Assembly: GCA_963762145.1 (NCBI GenBank) | Contig: CAVXJS010000019.1 | Location: 96,001-160,000 of the forward strand | Source: an uncultured Candidatus Rokubacteria bacterium | GTDB lineage: Bacteria; Methylomirabilota; Methylomirabilia; Rokubacteriales; CSP1-6 | Length of the DNA stretch: 64,000 nucleotides | Direction of reading: 5' to 3' | In this document: positions 51,901 to 62,299 of the stretch, piece by piece | How the letters are laid out: each line of letters opens with the position of its first letter | Numbering within the stretch: position 1 is the first letter of the stretch | Program-made: the position numbers and the translations under genes | Notes under the pieces: model-generated | What the model saw: the letters and a program-made list of their open reading frames with translations, nothing else | What the model was told of the DNA's origin: nothing | Databases searched by the model: none

Positions 51901-52956
51901 CTAGGCGTGATCGTGATGGTGTCCGTGCTGGTAGTGGGCGCGCAGGAGATCGAGGCCGAAGTCGCGCCGGGGATCGTGCCAGACCGAGTGGATGTGGTTG
52001 GCGTTGTTCTGGGTGTTGTCGTACTCGATCAGGAGGGTGGGCCCGTGCAGCCGGTAGTAGTGCGCGCGGCCCGCGTCGAGCGGTCCGGCCCAGGCGAAGT
52101 GCACGCGCTCGAGCCCGGCCTCGCGCATGCGCAGGAGCTCCTGCTCGGCCAGCTCGCTGCGCATGTTGCGCGCGTACTCCTCGATGAGCCGGCCCGCGAG
52201 GGTCCGCTGATCGCCGGTCATGTCGGCCAGCGCGAGGCCCGCGGGCGTGGCGAGGCTGTCGGCGCGGCCCGGCCCGGCGACGATGTCGCCGAGCGACTCG
52301 GCCGCGATGACGGTGCGGGCGCGCTGGGCCTCGCTCAGGCTCTGGGCGAGGGCCCGGCCCAGATCCTGCTCGGCCGCGAGCGTGCGCTGTCCCTTCTTGG
52401 GCCCCGACGGCACCTCGGCGGGGTTCGCGCCCAGGAAGGCCGGGGTCATCGCCACCGGCTGGCCCGGCACGAGCGTGAAGTTGAGCGAGAGATGGTGGCC
52501 TTCGACGCGCCAGCCCCAGGGCGCGGCGGCGCCCGGGTTGCCGAAGACGGTGAAGGCGTAGTTCTCCGGATCGCGCGAGAGGCCGAAGGTCTCGATGCGC
52601 CGGAGCACCTCTTCGAGCTGGATGACGTTCGTGGCCTTGGTGTAGCCCACCGCGCTCAGGCTCGCCTTCATCAGCTCGTGGGCCGCGGCGCGCGCGGGCG
52701 CGGGCATCGCCTTGAAGGCCACGCCCTCGCGGCCGCGCGGCACGTAGTGCCAGTTCAGCCGCTCGCGGTCGCCGATGGGAAACACCGCCCGCCGGCGCGC
52801 CTCCGCCGGCAGCGCGCCCAGGAACGCGAGCGCGGAGCCCGCCATGGCCACCCGCGCCGCGTCGCCCGGCTGGGCGAGCGCCGGGCGCGGGAGCGCGCCG
52901 ACGGCCGCGCTCGCCGCCAGCCCGTGCAGCAGCCGGCGGCGGCTCAGTCGGGACAT
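51901..52956 (-). CDS. DUF3500-family protein, Tat-exported
   Basis: SRRRLL, WGWRVEGHHLSLNF and NHIHSVW motifs; His-rich tail. Confidence 0.85.
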   Translation of the reverse strand: MSRLSRRRLLHGLAASAAVGALPRPALAQPGDAARVAMAGSALAFLGALPAEARRRAVFPIGDRERLNWHYVPRGREGVAFKAMPAPARAAAHELMKASLSAVGYTKATNVIQLEEVLRRIETFGLSRDPENYAFTVFGNPGAAAPWGWRVEGHHLSLNFTLVPGQPVAMTPAFLGANPAEVPSGPKKGQRTLAAEQDLGRALAQSLSEAQRARTVIAAESLGDIVAGPGRADSLATPAGLALADMTGDQRTLAGRLIEEYARNMRSELAEQELLRMREAGLERVHFAWAGPLDAGRAHYYRLHGPTLLIEYDNTQNNANHIHSVWHDPRRDFGLDLLRAHYQHGHHHDHA

Positions 52957-52960
52957 GCGA

Positions 52961-53617
52961 TCAGGAGTACTTGACGGTGCATCCGTAGGCGCGGGTGACG
53001 GGCGTCTTCACCGGCTGGCCGGCCGCGACCGCGTCGAGCGCGGCCCGCACGTAGTTGTTTGCGCCCTGCACGTCCGCGCGGCGGGACGTCGGCCGGTCGT
53101 CGATGGCCCCGGCGTAGACGAGCACGCCCGCCTTGTCCACCACGTACATGTGCGGCGTGTTGGTCGCGCCGTACAGCTTGCCCGTCGCGCCCTTGGTGTC
53201 GAGCAGGACCGCGGTGGGCGCGGCCTTGCGCGAGGTCGTCAGCTCGTCGGCCTGGGGCGGCGTCACGTAGCCCTGCGTGCCCTCCACCGAGGAGATCATG
53301 GTGAGCCACACCACGCCCTGGCCCGTGGTGTCCCGCTGCAGCGCCTGCATGTTGCCGCTGTCGTAGTGCTTCCGCACGTAGGGGCAATCGTGATTCGTCC
53401 ACTCGAGCACCACCATCTTGCCCTTGTACGTGCCGAGGCTCACCGGGGAGCCATTGGTCGCGTTGACCGTGAAGCCGGGAGCCGGCTCGCCCACCTTGGC
53501 GGTCGCGGCCCACGCGGGACGCGTTCCGAGGAGGGCGGAGGAGGCGGTGCCGGCCAGGACGAGGCCCGTGCCGGTGCGGGTGAGGAAGCTGCGGCGTCCG
53601 ATCAGCTCTGCGCTCAT
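52961..53617 (-). CDS. Tat-exported redoxin (AhpC/TSA, PRX-like)
   Basis: RRSFL, LEWTNHDCPYV, YAGAIDD and YGCTVK motifs. Confidence 0.85.
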   Translation of the reverse strand: MSAELIGRRSFLTRTGTGLVLAGTASSALLGTRPAWAATAKVGEPAPGFTVNATNGSPVSLGTYKGKMVVLEWTNHDCPYVRKHYDSGNMQALQRDTTGQGVVWLTMISSVEGTQGYVTPPQADELTTSRKAAPTAVLLDTKGATGKLYGATNTPHMYVVDKAGVLVYAGAIDDRPTSRRADVQGANNYVRAALDAVAAGQPVKTPVTRAYGCTVKYS

Positions 53618-55740
53618 AGCGTCTCCTTGTCGAAGGCTTCGATGATGGTTCCCTCACTCAGGATCTGCGGAAGCACGCGGGGCTCGGCCGTGACGGCGCC
53701 TCCGGCTCGCGCGGGATACACGACGTACAGCGGGACACCGCTGCGGCCGAAGGACCCGAGCGCCGAGGCGATCTCCGCGCTGCGGCTGGTCCAGTCGGCC
53801 TTGAGGTACACGACGCCCTTGCGGGCGAAGGCCTCGGCCACGGCCGGAGAGCCCAGGGCCACGCGCTCGTTCACGAGACAGGTGATGCACCAGGCCGCGG
53901 TGAAGTTCACGAACACCGGCTTGCCCTGCTCGCGCAGCTCGGCGAGCCGGCGCGGGGAGTAGGGCTCCCAGGCCGCGGCCCCCGGCGCCGTCGCGGGAGC
54001 CGGCGGGCTCGCCGCCGCGAGCGGAGCCAGCGCGATCGCGGCCACCACGCTGGCGAGCGCGAACCCGGTGGCGACGCGGCGCCAGTGCGGCGCGGCGCCC
54101 CGCGCGGCGTGGTGCAGCCAGGCGCCGAAGCCGATCAGCAGCAGCCCCACCAGCACGAGCGCCACCCCGTCGGGCCCGGCCTGGCGGCTGACCACCCAGA
54201 CGAGCCACGCGACCGAGGCGTAGAGCGGGAAGGCGAGCGCCTGCGAGAGCCGCGTCATCCACGGACCCGGGCGCGGCAGGAGGCGTCGCCACGCCGGGAC
54301 CAGGCTCAGCGCGAGGAAGGGCAGGGCCAGGCCGAGCCCCAGGGCCTCGAAGACCGCGAGCGCCGCCGCCGGCGGCTGGGTCAGCGCGTAGCCCACCGCC
54401 GCGCCCATGAAAGGTGCCGTGCACGGGGTGGCGGCGATGGTGGCCAGCGCGCCCGTGAAGAAGGAGCCTCCGTAGCCGGGCCGGGCGGCCAGCCCATGGC
54501 CCACTCCGGTGAGGCGGCCGCCGATGACGAGGAGCCCGGAGAGGCTCAGGCCCAGCGCGAACAGCACATAGGCCAGGGCGGTGACGACCAGGGGGGACTG
54601 GAGCTGGAAGCCCCAGCCGATCTTGGCCCCTCCCGCGCGCAGGGCGAGCAGCGCGCCCGCGAGCGCCGCGAAGCAGACCAGCACGCCGGCGGTGTAGACG
54701 AGCCCGTGTCGGCGCACGACGCCGGGCGAGACCTCGGCGTGGCCGACGAGGGCGAGAGCCTTTACCGAAAGGACAGGTAGCACGCATGGCATGAGATTCA
54801 AGATCAGGCCGCCGGCCACCGCCAGCCCCATCGCCGCCAGCAGGGACAGCGACGGCCCGCCGGCGCCCTTGGCCGCCACGGCCTTGATGGCGAAGGCCTG
54901 GCTGACCAGGCCCTGGTCGAGCTTCTCGCGGATCACGAGCACGCCGTCGAGGTCGTCGTCCGCAGCCTCGGGCAGGAGGCCGCGCGCCGCGCGCAGCTTG
55001 ATCCCATCCGGCGCGATGGTCACCTCCTGGGTGGCCGCGTGGTCCATCACGCCCCAGCGGCCCGGGAAGAAGACGATCTCCGCGATGCGCGAGGCCTCGA
55101 GCCCTGGGGCTGCGACCGATACGGTCACCGCCTCGGGGGTCGCGCTCAGCGAGGCGGGCCAGGGGCTCGGCCCGGGCACCGCGCGGCGGGTCCGCTCGAT
55201 CGCGGCGGCGCCGGCGCCGGGCGCGGGCTTGCCGGCGACGACCGGCAGGGTCAGGGTGACGTCGGCCTCTTCCGGGATGCAGATCTTCTCGCAGACCAGC
55301 CACGCGGCGTGGCCTCGCAGGGTGACCGGCGCGCCGGGGGTCAATCCGGCGGGCGCGGTCAGCCGGGTGAGCAGCACGACCTCGCCGGTGTAGCCGTAGC
55401 TCATCAGCGGGCCGACCGGCATGCGCTCGGGCTGCGGGAAGACGAGCGGGCCGGCTTGCCAGCCCGTGGGGAGGTCCCAGTCCAGGACGGGGGGCTCGCC
55501 CGAATCGCCGGGGTTGGTCCAGTACGTATGCCAGCCGGGCGCGATGCGCTGGCGGAGACCCACCCAGAAGGACGCGCCCGGCTCGATCGAAGCGCCCTCG
55601 CCGAGCAGAGTGACGGCGACCCGCGGCGGGCCGGGCGGCGCGGGGGTCTTGACGGTGGGCGCGCGCGTCGGCTCGGCGGCGAGGCCCGAGCCGGCCAGCG
55701 TCCCGATCAGCAGCGCGGCGGCGAGGATCCGGATCGCCAT
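53614..55740 (-). CDS. DsbD/ScsB-family thiol:disulfide interchange protein
   Basis: WHTYWTNPGDSG, CEKIC, NLMPCVLPV, TPCTAP and AAWCITC motifs. Confidence 0.9.
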   Translation of the reverse strand: MAIRILAAALLIGTLAGSGLAAEPTRAPTVKTPAPPGPPRVAVTLLGEGASIEPGASFWVGLRQRIAPGWHTYWTNPGDSGEPPVLDWDLPTGWQAGPLVFPQPERMPVGPLMSYGYTGEVVLLTRLTAPAGLTPGAPVTLRGHAAWLVCEKICIPEEADVTLTLPVVAGKPAPGAGAAAIERTRRAVPGPSPWPASLSATPEAVTVSVAAPGLEASRIAEIVFFPGRWGVMDHAATQEVTIAPDGIKLRAARGLLPEAADDDLDGVLVIREKLDQGLVSQAFAIKAVAAKGAGGPSLSLLAAMGLAVAGGLILNLMPCVLPVLSVKALALVGHAEVSPGVVRRHGLVYTAGVLVCFAALAGALLALRAGGAKIGWGFQLQSPLVVTALAYVLFALGLSLSGLLVIGGRLTGVGHGLAARPGYGGSFFTGALATIAATPCTAPFMGAAVGYALTQPPAAALAVFEALGLGLALPFLALSLVPAWRRLLPRPGPWMTRLSQALAFPLYASVAWLVWVVSRQAGPDGVALVLVGLLLIGFGAWLHHAARGAAPHWRRVATGFALASVVAAIALAPLAAASPPAPATAPGAAAWEPYSPRRLAELREQGKPVFVNFTAAWCITCLVNERVALGSPAVAEAFARKGVVYLKADWTSRSAEIASALGSFGRSGVPLYVVYPARAGGAVTAEPRVLPQILSEGTIIEAFDKETL

Positions 55741-55751
55741 CGCGACCGGAC

Positions 55752-56213
55752 CTACGGGCGAGGCTTCACCTTCTCGAAGAGCGGCAGGTACTTGCCGTAC
55801 CCCTCTGCTTCGAGCTTGGCGACGGGGATGAACCGCAGCGCCGCGGAGTTGATGCAGTAGCGCTGACCGGTCGAGGGGGGGCCGTCCGGGAAGAGGTGGC
55901 CGAGGTGGGAGTCACCCTCCGCCGAGCGGACCTCGACGCGGCGCATGCCGTGGGAATTGTCGGCGTGCTCCTTGACCGTCTCGGTCTCCAGCGGCCGGTC
56001 GAAGCTCGGCCAGCCGGTGCCGGAATCGAACTTGTGCAGCGACGAGAACAGCGGCTCGCCCGTCACCACGTCCACGTAGATGCCCGCCTCGTGATGGTTC
56101 CAGAACTCGTTCCGGAAGGGCGGCTCCGTGGCGCTGCACTGCGTGACGTTGTATTGTTCCGGGGTCAAACGGGTCTTGAGATCGGCATCCGTCGGGCGCT
56201 TGGTCGTGGCCAT
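55752..56213 (-). CDS. msrB: Peptide-methionine (R)-S-oxide reductase
   Basis: [21 protein letters not shown] and RYCINS motifs. Confidence 0.95.
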   Translation of the reverse strand: MATTKRPTDADLKTRLTPEQYNVTQCSATEPPFRNEFWNHHEAGIYVDVVTGEPLFSSLHKFDSGTGWPSFDRPLETETVKEHADNSHGMRRVEVRSAEGDSHLGHLFPDGPPSTGQRYCINSAALRFIPVAKLEAEGYGKYLPLFEKVKPRP

Positions 56214-56246
56214 GGCAACCGCAAGTATAACCCCGGGAGGCAAGTC

Positions 56247-57137
56247 ATGAGTGACGAGATCAGCATCCAGTTCACGCGCTTCTCCGCCTTCTACTCGCCC
56301 CTGATCGCCACGATCGCGGGCGGCTTCCTCCAGCAGGAAGGGTTCGCGCCGAAGCACTCCATCGCGCCGCTGGGCAAGTCGGCCATCGACGGGGTGGTGG
56401 CCGGGACCGTGCACGTGTGCCAGTCGGCCCCGTCCCAGGGCTTCGGGCCCCTCGAGAAGGGCCAGGCTCCGCCCGCGGTGCACTTCGCTCAGATCAACGA
56501 GATGGACGGCTTCTTCCTGACGGGGCGCGCGCCGGATCCGGCGTTCTCCTGGAAGAAGCTCCAGGGCAAGCGGGTGCTGGTCGACCACGGCGGCCAGCCG
56601 CTCGCGATGTTCAAGTACGCCTGCCACAAGAGCGGGCTCGACTTCGCGAGCATCGTGGCCGTGAACGTGCCGAGCGACCAGATGGACGCGGCGTTCCGGA
56701 AGGGCGAGGGGGACTACATCCACCAGCAGGGACCGGCGCCGCAGCAGCTCGAGCACGATCGCGCCGGGCACGTCGTCGCCTCGGTCGGCCAGGCCATCGG
56801 GCCGGTGGCGTTCTCGAGTCTGGCCGCGACGCGCGCGTGGCTCGACACCGACATGGCGCGGCGGTTCATGCGGGCCTACCGCAAGGCGCGCGGCTGGCTG
56901 CTCGCGACGCCCGCGGCGGACGTGGCGAAGGCCGAGGCCTCGTTCTTCCCGGAGATCGACCCGGCGGTGCTCGCCGCCACGATCGCCTACTACCAGAAGC
57001 TCGGCTGCTGGACGCCCCACGTCGAGATCACGCGGCCCGCCTTCGAGGTCGCGCTGGACGTCTTCGAGCATTCCAAGCTCATCACCAAGCGCCACCGCTA
57101 CGAGGACGTGATCGCGCCCCCACCCGCCGCGAGCTGA
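56247..57137 (+). CDS. ABC substrate-binding protein, NMT1/THI5-like
   Basis: FSAFYSPL and [14 protein letters not shown] motifs; resembles 8438-9367. Confidence 0.8.
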   Translation: MSDEISIQFTRFSAFYSPLIATIAGGFLQQEGFAPKHSIAPLGKSAIDGVVAGTVHVCQSAPSQGFGPLEKGQAPPAVHFAQINEMDGFFLTGRAPDPAFSWKKLQGKRVLVDHGGQPLAMFKYACHKSGLDFASIVAVNVPSDQMDAAFRKGEGDYIHQQGPAPQQLEHDRAGHVVASVGQAIGPVAFSSLAATRAWLDTDMARRFMRAYRKARGWLLATPAADVAKAEASFFPEIDPAVLAATIAYYQKLGCWTPHVEITRPAFEVALDVFEHSKLITKRHRYEDVIAPPPAAS

Positions 57138-57164
57138 CCGGGCGCCAGTTTCTGGCCGCTTCGA

Positions 57165-57231
57165 GCGCGGGCTCCGCCCGCGCAATCCCGCTTTTGGGGG
57201 AGGTCCGGAAGGGGGGCAAAGCCCCCTCCGG
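57165..57231. repeat. REP-like double-hairpin intergenic element
   Basis: GCGCGGGC-TCC-GCCCGCGC and CCGGAAGGGGGGC-AAA-GCCCCCTCCGG between convergent genes. Confidence 0.55.
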
Positions 57232-57234
57232 GTA

Positions 57235-58473
57235 CTACCGTCCGGTCGGGAGCTGGTCGAAGGGCAGATCGCGGTCCACGCGTACGTCCTGGGGCAGGCC
57301 GAGCACGCGCTCCGCGATGATGTTGCGCAGGATCTCGTCGGTGCCCGCGGCGATACGCCCGCCCGGGGTGGACAGCAGCGACTCCTGGAAGGCCGCGCGC
57401 AGCGGGGCGGTCTCCTTGTCCATGATCACGCCGCCCATGTCGAGGAGATCCATCGCGAACGAGGCGATGTCCTGCGCCTTGGGCGCGTTGACGAGCTTGC
57501 CGATGGAGTTCTCCGGGCCCGGCGTCTCCCCGCGGGAGAGCGCGGTCATGGTGCGGAAGCGCGTCAGCCGCACGCCCTGCGTCTTCACGTAGAGATCGGC
57601 GAGCCGCTCGCGCACCGCCGCGTCGGCGATCGCGGGGCCGTTCTCGAGCTGCGTGACGCGGGCGAGGCCGAAGATCTCCTCGAAGTCGGGCCCGCGCAGG
57701 TCGCCCGAGGTAAGGCGCTCGTTCATCAGGGTGGTGATGGCCACGCCCCAGCCCGCGCCGACCGCGCCCAGACGCTGGGTGTCGGGGATGCGGACGTCGG
57801 TGAAGTAGACCTCGTTGAAGTGCGACGCGCCCGAGATCTGCTTGATCCGCCGGGTCTCGATGCCCGGCGACTTCATGGAGAGGAAGAAGAAGGTGAGGCC
57901 CTTGTGCTTGGCCGTCTTGGGGTCGCTGCGCGCGACCAGGATCGCCCAGTCCGCCCAGTGCGCGCCCGAGGTCCAGATCTTCTGGCCGTTGATCACCCAG
58001 TCGTCGCCGTCGCGCACGGCGCGCGTGCGCAGCCCGGCCAGATCGGAGCCCGCCCCCGGCTCGGAGAAGAGCTGGCACCAGACCTCGTCGCCGCGCAGGG
58101 CCGCCGGCGCGTAGCGCCTCTTCTGCTCGTCGGTGGCGTAGGCGAACAGGGTGGGCATGCACATGCCGAGGCCGATCTCGAAGTAGCCGCGCGGCACGAG
58201 GAACCGCGACTCCTCCTGGGAGTAGATGACCTGGTAGATCGGCGGCAGGGCGCGGCCGCCCCACTCCGAGGGCCAGTGCAGCGCCGCGAAGCCGGCCTCG
58301 GCCTTGCTGCGCTGGAAGGCCTGCGCGCGCTCGAGGCCATCCCAGCCCTCGCGGCCGGGGTAGCGGCTCTGCCAGGTCTCGAAGGCGCCACGCTTGGGCT
58401 CGGCGTGGGCGGCGAGCCACTGCCGCACCTCCGCGCGAAACGCCGCTTCTTCCCGCGTGTCGTCGAAGTCCAC
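57235..58473 (-). CDS. Acyl-CoA dehydrogenase
   Basis: [23 protein letters not shown] and [11 protein letters not shown] motifs. Confidence 0.93.
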   Translation of the reverse strand: MDFDDTREEAAFRAEVRQWLAAHAEPKRGAFETWQSRYPGREGWDGLERAQAFQRSKAEAGFAALHWPSEWGGRALPPIYQVIYSQEESRFLVPRGYFEIGLGMCMPTLFAYATDEQKRRYAPAALRGDEVWCQLFSEPGAGSDLAGLRTRAVRDGDDWVINGQKIWTSGAHWADWAILVARSDPKTAKHKGLTFFFLSMKSPGIETRRIKQISGASHFNEVYFTDVRIPDTQRLGAVGAGWGVAITTLMNERLTSGDLRGPDFEEIFGLARVTQLENGPAIADAAVRERLADLYVKTQGVRLTRFRTMTALSRGETPGPENSIGKLVNAPKAQDIASFAMDLLDMGGVIMDKETAPLRAAFQESLLSTPGGRIAAGTDEILRNIIAERVLGLPQDVRVDRDLPFDQLPTGR

Positions 58474-58482
58474 GATGCGCTC

Positions 58483-59595
58483 CTACGCCGCCCCGGCTTC
58501 GAGCCGGGTGACGAGCAGATCCTTCCAGCGACGAGCGCTGCCCAGCATGAGGCCGGTGAGCTTGGCGCGCCGGTAGTGGAGGTGGCAGTCGAACTCCCAG
58601 GTGAAGCCCATGCCGCCGTGCACCTGGATGTTCTCCTTGGCCGCGTGGTAGTAGGCCTCGCTCGCGGCGACCCGCGCCGCCGCGGCGGCGACGCCGAGCT
58701 CGGGCGCGTCCTTCGAGAGCGCCCAGGCGCCGTAGTAGGCGTTCGACCGCGCGAGCTCGATGCCCACGTACATGTCGGCCAGCTTGTGCTTGATGGCCTG
58801 GAACGACGCGATCTGCCGCCCGAATGCGAAGCGGCCGAGCGCGTACTCGCGCCCCATGTCGAGCGCGGCCTGCGCGCCGCCGATCTGCTCGAAGGCGACC
58901 AGCACCGCCGCGCGGTCCAGCAGCCGCCCCACCAGCGGCCAGCCCTGGCCGGCCGCGCCCAGGGGCTCGGCCGCGGCGCCGTCGAGCGCGATCCGCGCGT
59001 GCGAGCGGGTCGGGTCCACGGTGGCGAGGCTCGTGCGCGTGACTCCGGGGCCGGCGAGATCGAGCAGGTAGAGGTCGGCGGGACCCTTCGCCGGCGCGGC
59101 GAGGACGATCGCGAAGTCGGCCACGTCGCCGTCCATCACCGGGGTCTTGATTCCGGTCAGGCGGGCGCCGTCGGCGCGGGTCGCCAGGTTGGCCGGCGTC
59201 GTCACCCGCGGGCCCTCCGAGAGCGCGAGGCAGCCAATGGCCTCGCCCTGCGCGATGCGCGGGAGCCAGCGCTTCTTCTGCGCGTCGCTGCCCGCGATCC
59301 GCAGCGCCTCGCCGGCCAGGTAGATCGTGGAGGCGAACGGGGTGGGGGCCAGGCTCCGGCCCAGCTCCTCCGCGATGACGCAGAGCTCGAGGTAGCCGAA
59401 GCCGGCGCCCCCGTGGGTCTCGGGAATGGCGGTGCCCATCCAGCCCATCTCGCCCATGCCTTTCCAGAGGTCACGGTCGTAGGGCGCGGCGCCCTCGAGA
59501 ATGCGGCGGACGCGCGTCGACGAGGCGTGCTCGCCGAGGAACTTCCGGGCCTGCTCCCGGAGCGATTTCTGGTCGGGCGAGAAGTCGAAGTTCAT
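58483..59595 (-). CDS. Acyl-CoA dehydrogenase, probable heteromeric partner subunit
   Basis: FGRQIASFQAIKH and QVHGGMGFTWE motifs. Confidence 0.92.
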   Translation of the reverse strand: MNFDFSPDQKSLREQARKFLGEHASSTRVRRILEGAAPYDRDLWKGMGEMGWMGTAIPETHGGAGFGYLELCVIAEELGRSLAPTPFASTIYLAGEALRIAGSDAQKKRWLPRIAQGEAIGCLALSEGPRVTTPANLATRADGARLTGIKTPVMDGDVADFAIVLAAPAKGPADLYLLDLAGPGVTRTSLATVDPTRSHARIALDGAAAEPLGAAGQGWPLVGRLLDRAAVLVAFEQIGGAQAALDMGREYALGRFAFGRQIASFQAIKHKLADMYVGIELARSNAYYGAWALSKDAPELGVAAAAARVAASEAYYHAAKENIQVHGGMGFTWEFDCHLHYRRAKLTGLMLGSARRWKDLLVTRLEAGAA

Positions 59596-59660
59596 GGCGC
59601 GAGGATCATACCAAAGGCGCTTGCCATGCGGGCGCGCGTCTTTCAGAATCGGTGCCTCAA

Positions 59661-59696
59661 CCCCTCACCCTGCCTCTCCCCAACGGGGAGAGGGGG
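59661..59696. repeat. REP-like palindrome
   Basis: CCCCTCACCCTG-CCTCTCCCC-AAC-GGGGAGAGG. Confidence 0.55.
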
Positions 59697-59713
59697 AGAA
59701 GACGGAGGCGGAC

Positions 59714-60810
59714 ATGCGGGCGACGGCGGCGGTGCTCTACGAGGTCCGGAAGCCGGTGGTGGTGGAGGACGTGGAGGTGATGGATCCGGGGCCGCACGAG
59801 GTGCTCGTGCGCTGGGCGGCCAACGGAGTCTGCCACAGCGACCTGCACGTGATCACCGGAGACTATCCGCATCCGCTGCCGGTGGTGCTCGGGCACGAGG
59901 CGGCCGGGGTGGTGGAGAAGATCGGGGCGGGCGTCGAGACGGTGAAGGCGGGCGATCACGTCTGCTCGAGCTATATCCCGTCCTGCGGGCGCTGCGCCTA
60001 CTGCATCGGGGGGCAGCCCACCATGTGCGCGCTCCGCGACAAGCCGCGGTGGTTCATGCTCGACGGCACCTCGCGCTTCCGCCGGAACGGCCAGCCTCTC
60101 CACCACTTCCTGCAGGTGGCGGGCTACGCGACCCACGCGGTGCTGCCCGAGCAGAGCGTGATCCCGATCCGGGCGGACGCACCGCTCGACGTGGTGTGCC
60201 TGGTGAGCTGCGGCGTGCTCGCGGGCGCCGGGCCCGTGTTCAACCGGGCCAAGGTGCCGCCGGGGGCCAGCGTCGCGGTGTGGGGCTGCGGCGGGGTCGG
60301 GCTCAACACGATCCAGGCCGCGCGCATGCTGGGCGCGGGCAAGATCATCGCGGTGGACGTGATGCGCCAGAAGCTGGCCTGGGCCGAGGAGTTCGGCGCC
60401 ACGCACGTCGTGGATGCCGTCCAAGGAGGATCCGGTCGCCGCGGTCCAGAAGCTCTCCGGCACCGGCGGAGTGGACTTCACCTTCGAGGTGGTGGGCACC
60501 CAGAAGACCATCGAGCAGGCGCGTCCTGGCCACCCACCGCGGCGGCACCTGCGTGATCGTGGGCGTCTCGCCCGCGGGGACGCGGGTCTCGCTCGATCCG
60601 TCGCTCTTCCTGCAGCAGCGGGTGCTCACCGGCTCGTCCTTCGGGGGCGGCCACCAGCGCACCGACGTGCCGATGCTGATCGACCTCTACATGTCGGGCA
60701 AGTACAAGCTCGACGAGCTGATCAGCCGGCGGCTCCCGCTGTCCGAGCTCAACGAGGGCTTCGACCTGATGCTGCAGGGCGAGGTGAAGCGCAGCGTGAT
60801 CGTGTACTGA
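59714..60810 (+). CDS. Zn-dependent alcohol dehydrogenase (frameshifts near 60420 and 60520)
   Basis: GVCHSD, GHE, CGRCAYC and GCGGVG motifs. Confidence 0.9.
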
Positions 60811-60837
60811 GGCGCCGCTCCGGCTGACCGACGGGGC

Positions 60838-62247
60838 CTAGCGGGGATCGATCGGGGTCGCCATCGGGGCGCGAGCCTCGATGGCTGCCGCGGCGTCCAG
60901 GCAGAGATCCTCGCGGAAGCGGCCGGCGGTGATCTGCACGCCCATCGGCACGCCGTCGGCCAGCCCGGTGGGCACCGCGACCGCGGGCAGCCCCAGCACC
61001 GGCACCGCCATCTGCATGATCTGGGCGCGCATGATCCGCCGGGTCGTGTCGACGTCGATCCGGTCGAGATCGACCGGAAACGCCGGCTCGTTCGAGCTCG
61101 GGGTGACCACGATCGGCCGCTCCTCCAGGAACAGCTCCCACAGCCGCAGGACCCGGTCGCGCTGGGCCAGTCCGTCGAGGACATCCCGCAGCTCGCGGGG
61201 CGGATGGACGGCCCGCCAGAGCCCCAGGGCTTCCTGGATTCCCGCGTCCCCGTACTTGGCGGCGGCGGGCTCCAGCGCCGCGATCACGTCCTCCATCCCG
61301 ATGGCGGCCCAGAGATCGGCCACCGCGCCGAGCTCGGGCGGCTCCACTTCCTCCACCGCGTATCCCGCCTCCTCGAGCCAGCGGCCGGCCTGACGCACCG
61401 AGGACGCCACCTCGGGCGCCACGCCGCCGCGGCGGGCGGGGTCCACCACCAGTGCGACCCGAAGCGGGCGTGCGACGGGCCGGCCGTCGAGCGGGACGGT
61501 CGCGCAGCGCGGATCGTTGGGATCGGGGATCGCCATGGCGGCGAAGGCCGCGCGCGCGTCGCGCACCCGCCGCGTCAACGGGCCCTGGACGGCCATGAGC
61601 TGCGACGAGATCGTGCGGAGGACGGTCGAGGTGAAGTTCCACGACGGGACTCGGCCGTAGCTCACCCGGAGGCCGACCAGCCCGCAGCAGTAGGCCGGGT
61701 AACGCACCGAGCCCGCGATGTCGTTGCCGTGGCCGATGGCCCCGATGCCGGTCGCGGTGGCCGCGGCGGCGCCGCCGCTCGAGCCGCCCGGCGTGCGCCC
61801 GGGATCCCACGGGTTCAGGGTCGCGCCGTGCAGCGCGTTGTCGGTGAACCAGCGCATCGAGAAGGCGGGGGCGTTGGTGCGGCCGATGACGATCGCGCCG
61901 GCCCGGCGCAGGTTGGCCACCACCGGGTTGTCGCGCGTGGCGACGAGATCCTTGAAGGCGACCACCCCGTTGTCGGTGGGGCAACCGGCCTGGTCCACGT
62001 TGACCTTGGTGGTGATCGGCACGCCGTGGAGCGGGCCGACCGCCGCGCCGCGGGCCAGGGCCGTGTCGGCGGCCGCGGCCTCCGCCTGGGCCTGCTCGTG
62101 CAGTGGCCGCACCACCGCGTTGATGCGCGGGTTGACCGCGTCGAGCCGTGCGAGCGCCGCGCTCACCACCTCGCGGCAGGAGACGTCGCGGCGGCGGATC
62201 ATCTCCGCCAGCTCGACCGCGTCGAGGCGCCAGAGCTCGGCGGCTAT
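60838..62247 (-). CDS. Amidase signature family protein
   Basis: GPLHGVPITTK, TPGGSSGG and GNDIAGSVRYP motifs; apparent start ATA after AGGAG. Confidence 0.9.
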   Translation of the reverse strand: MAAELWRLDAVELAEMIRRRDVSCREVVSAALARLDAVNPRINAVVRPLHEQAQAEAAAADTALARGAAVGPLHGVPITTKVNVDQAGCPTDNGVVAFKDLVATRDNPVVANLRRAGAIVIGRTNAPAFSMRWFTDNALHGATLNPWDPGRTPGGSSGGAAAATATGIGAIGHGNDIAGSVRYPAYCCGLVGLRVSYGRVPSWNFTSTVLRTISSQLMAVQGPLTRRVRDARAAFAAMAIPDPNDPRCATVPLDGRPVARPLRVALVVDPARRGGVAPEVASSVRQAGRWLEEAGYAVEEVEPPELGAVADLWAAIGMEDVIAALEPAAAKYGDAGIQEALGLWRAVHPPRELRDVLDGLAQRDRVLRLWELFLEERPIVVTPSSNEPAFPVDLDRIDVDTTRRIMRAQIMQMAVPVLGLPAVAVPTGLADGVPMGVQITAGRFREDLCLDAAAAIEARAPMATPIDPR

Positions 62248-62299
62248 GGCCGGCTCTCCTGCGGGGAGCCGCCGAACGTCAGGGGCGGACGGGCCGGGC

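Noticed and set aside
55752-56213. MsrB, DsbD, redoxin or AhpD-like proteins as further selenoproteins
   Set aside because: All catalytic positions are ordinary Cys codons.
62245-62247. ATA start codon for the amidase
   Set aside because: It is well placed after AGGAG but borders the most error-rich stretch, so a miscalled ATG is equally likely.
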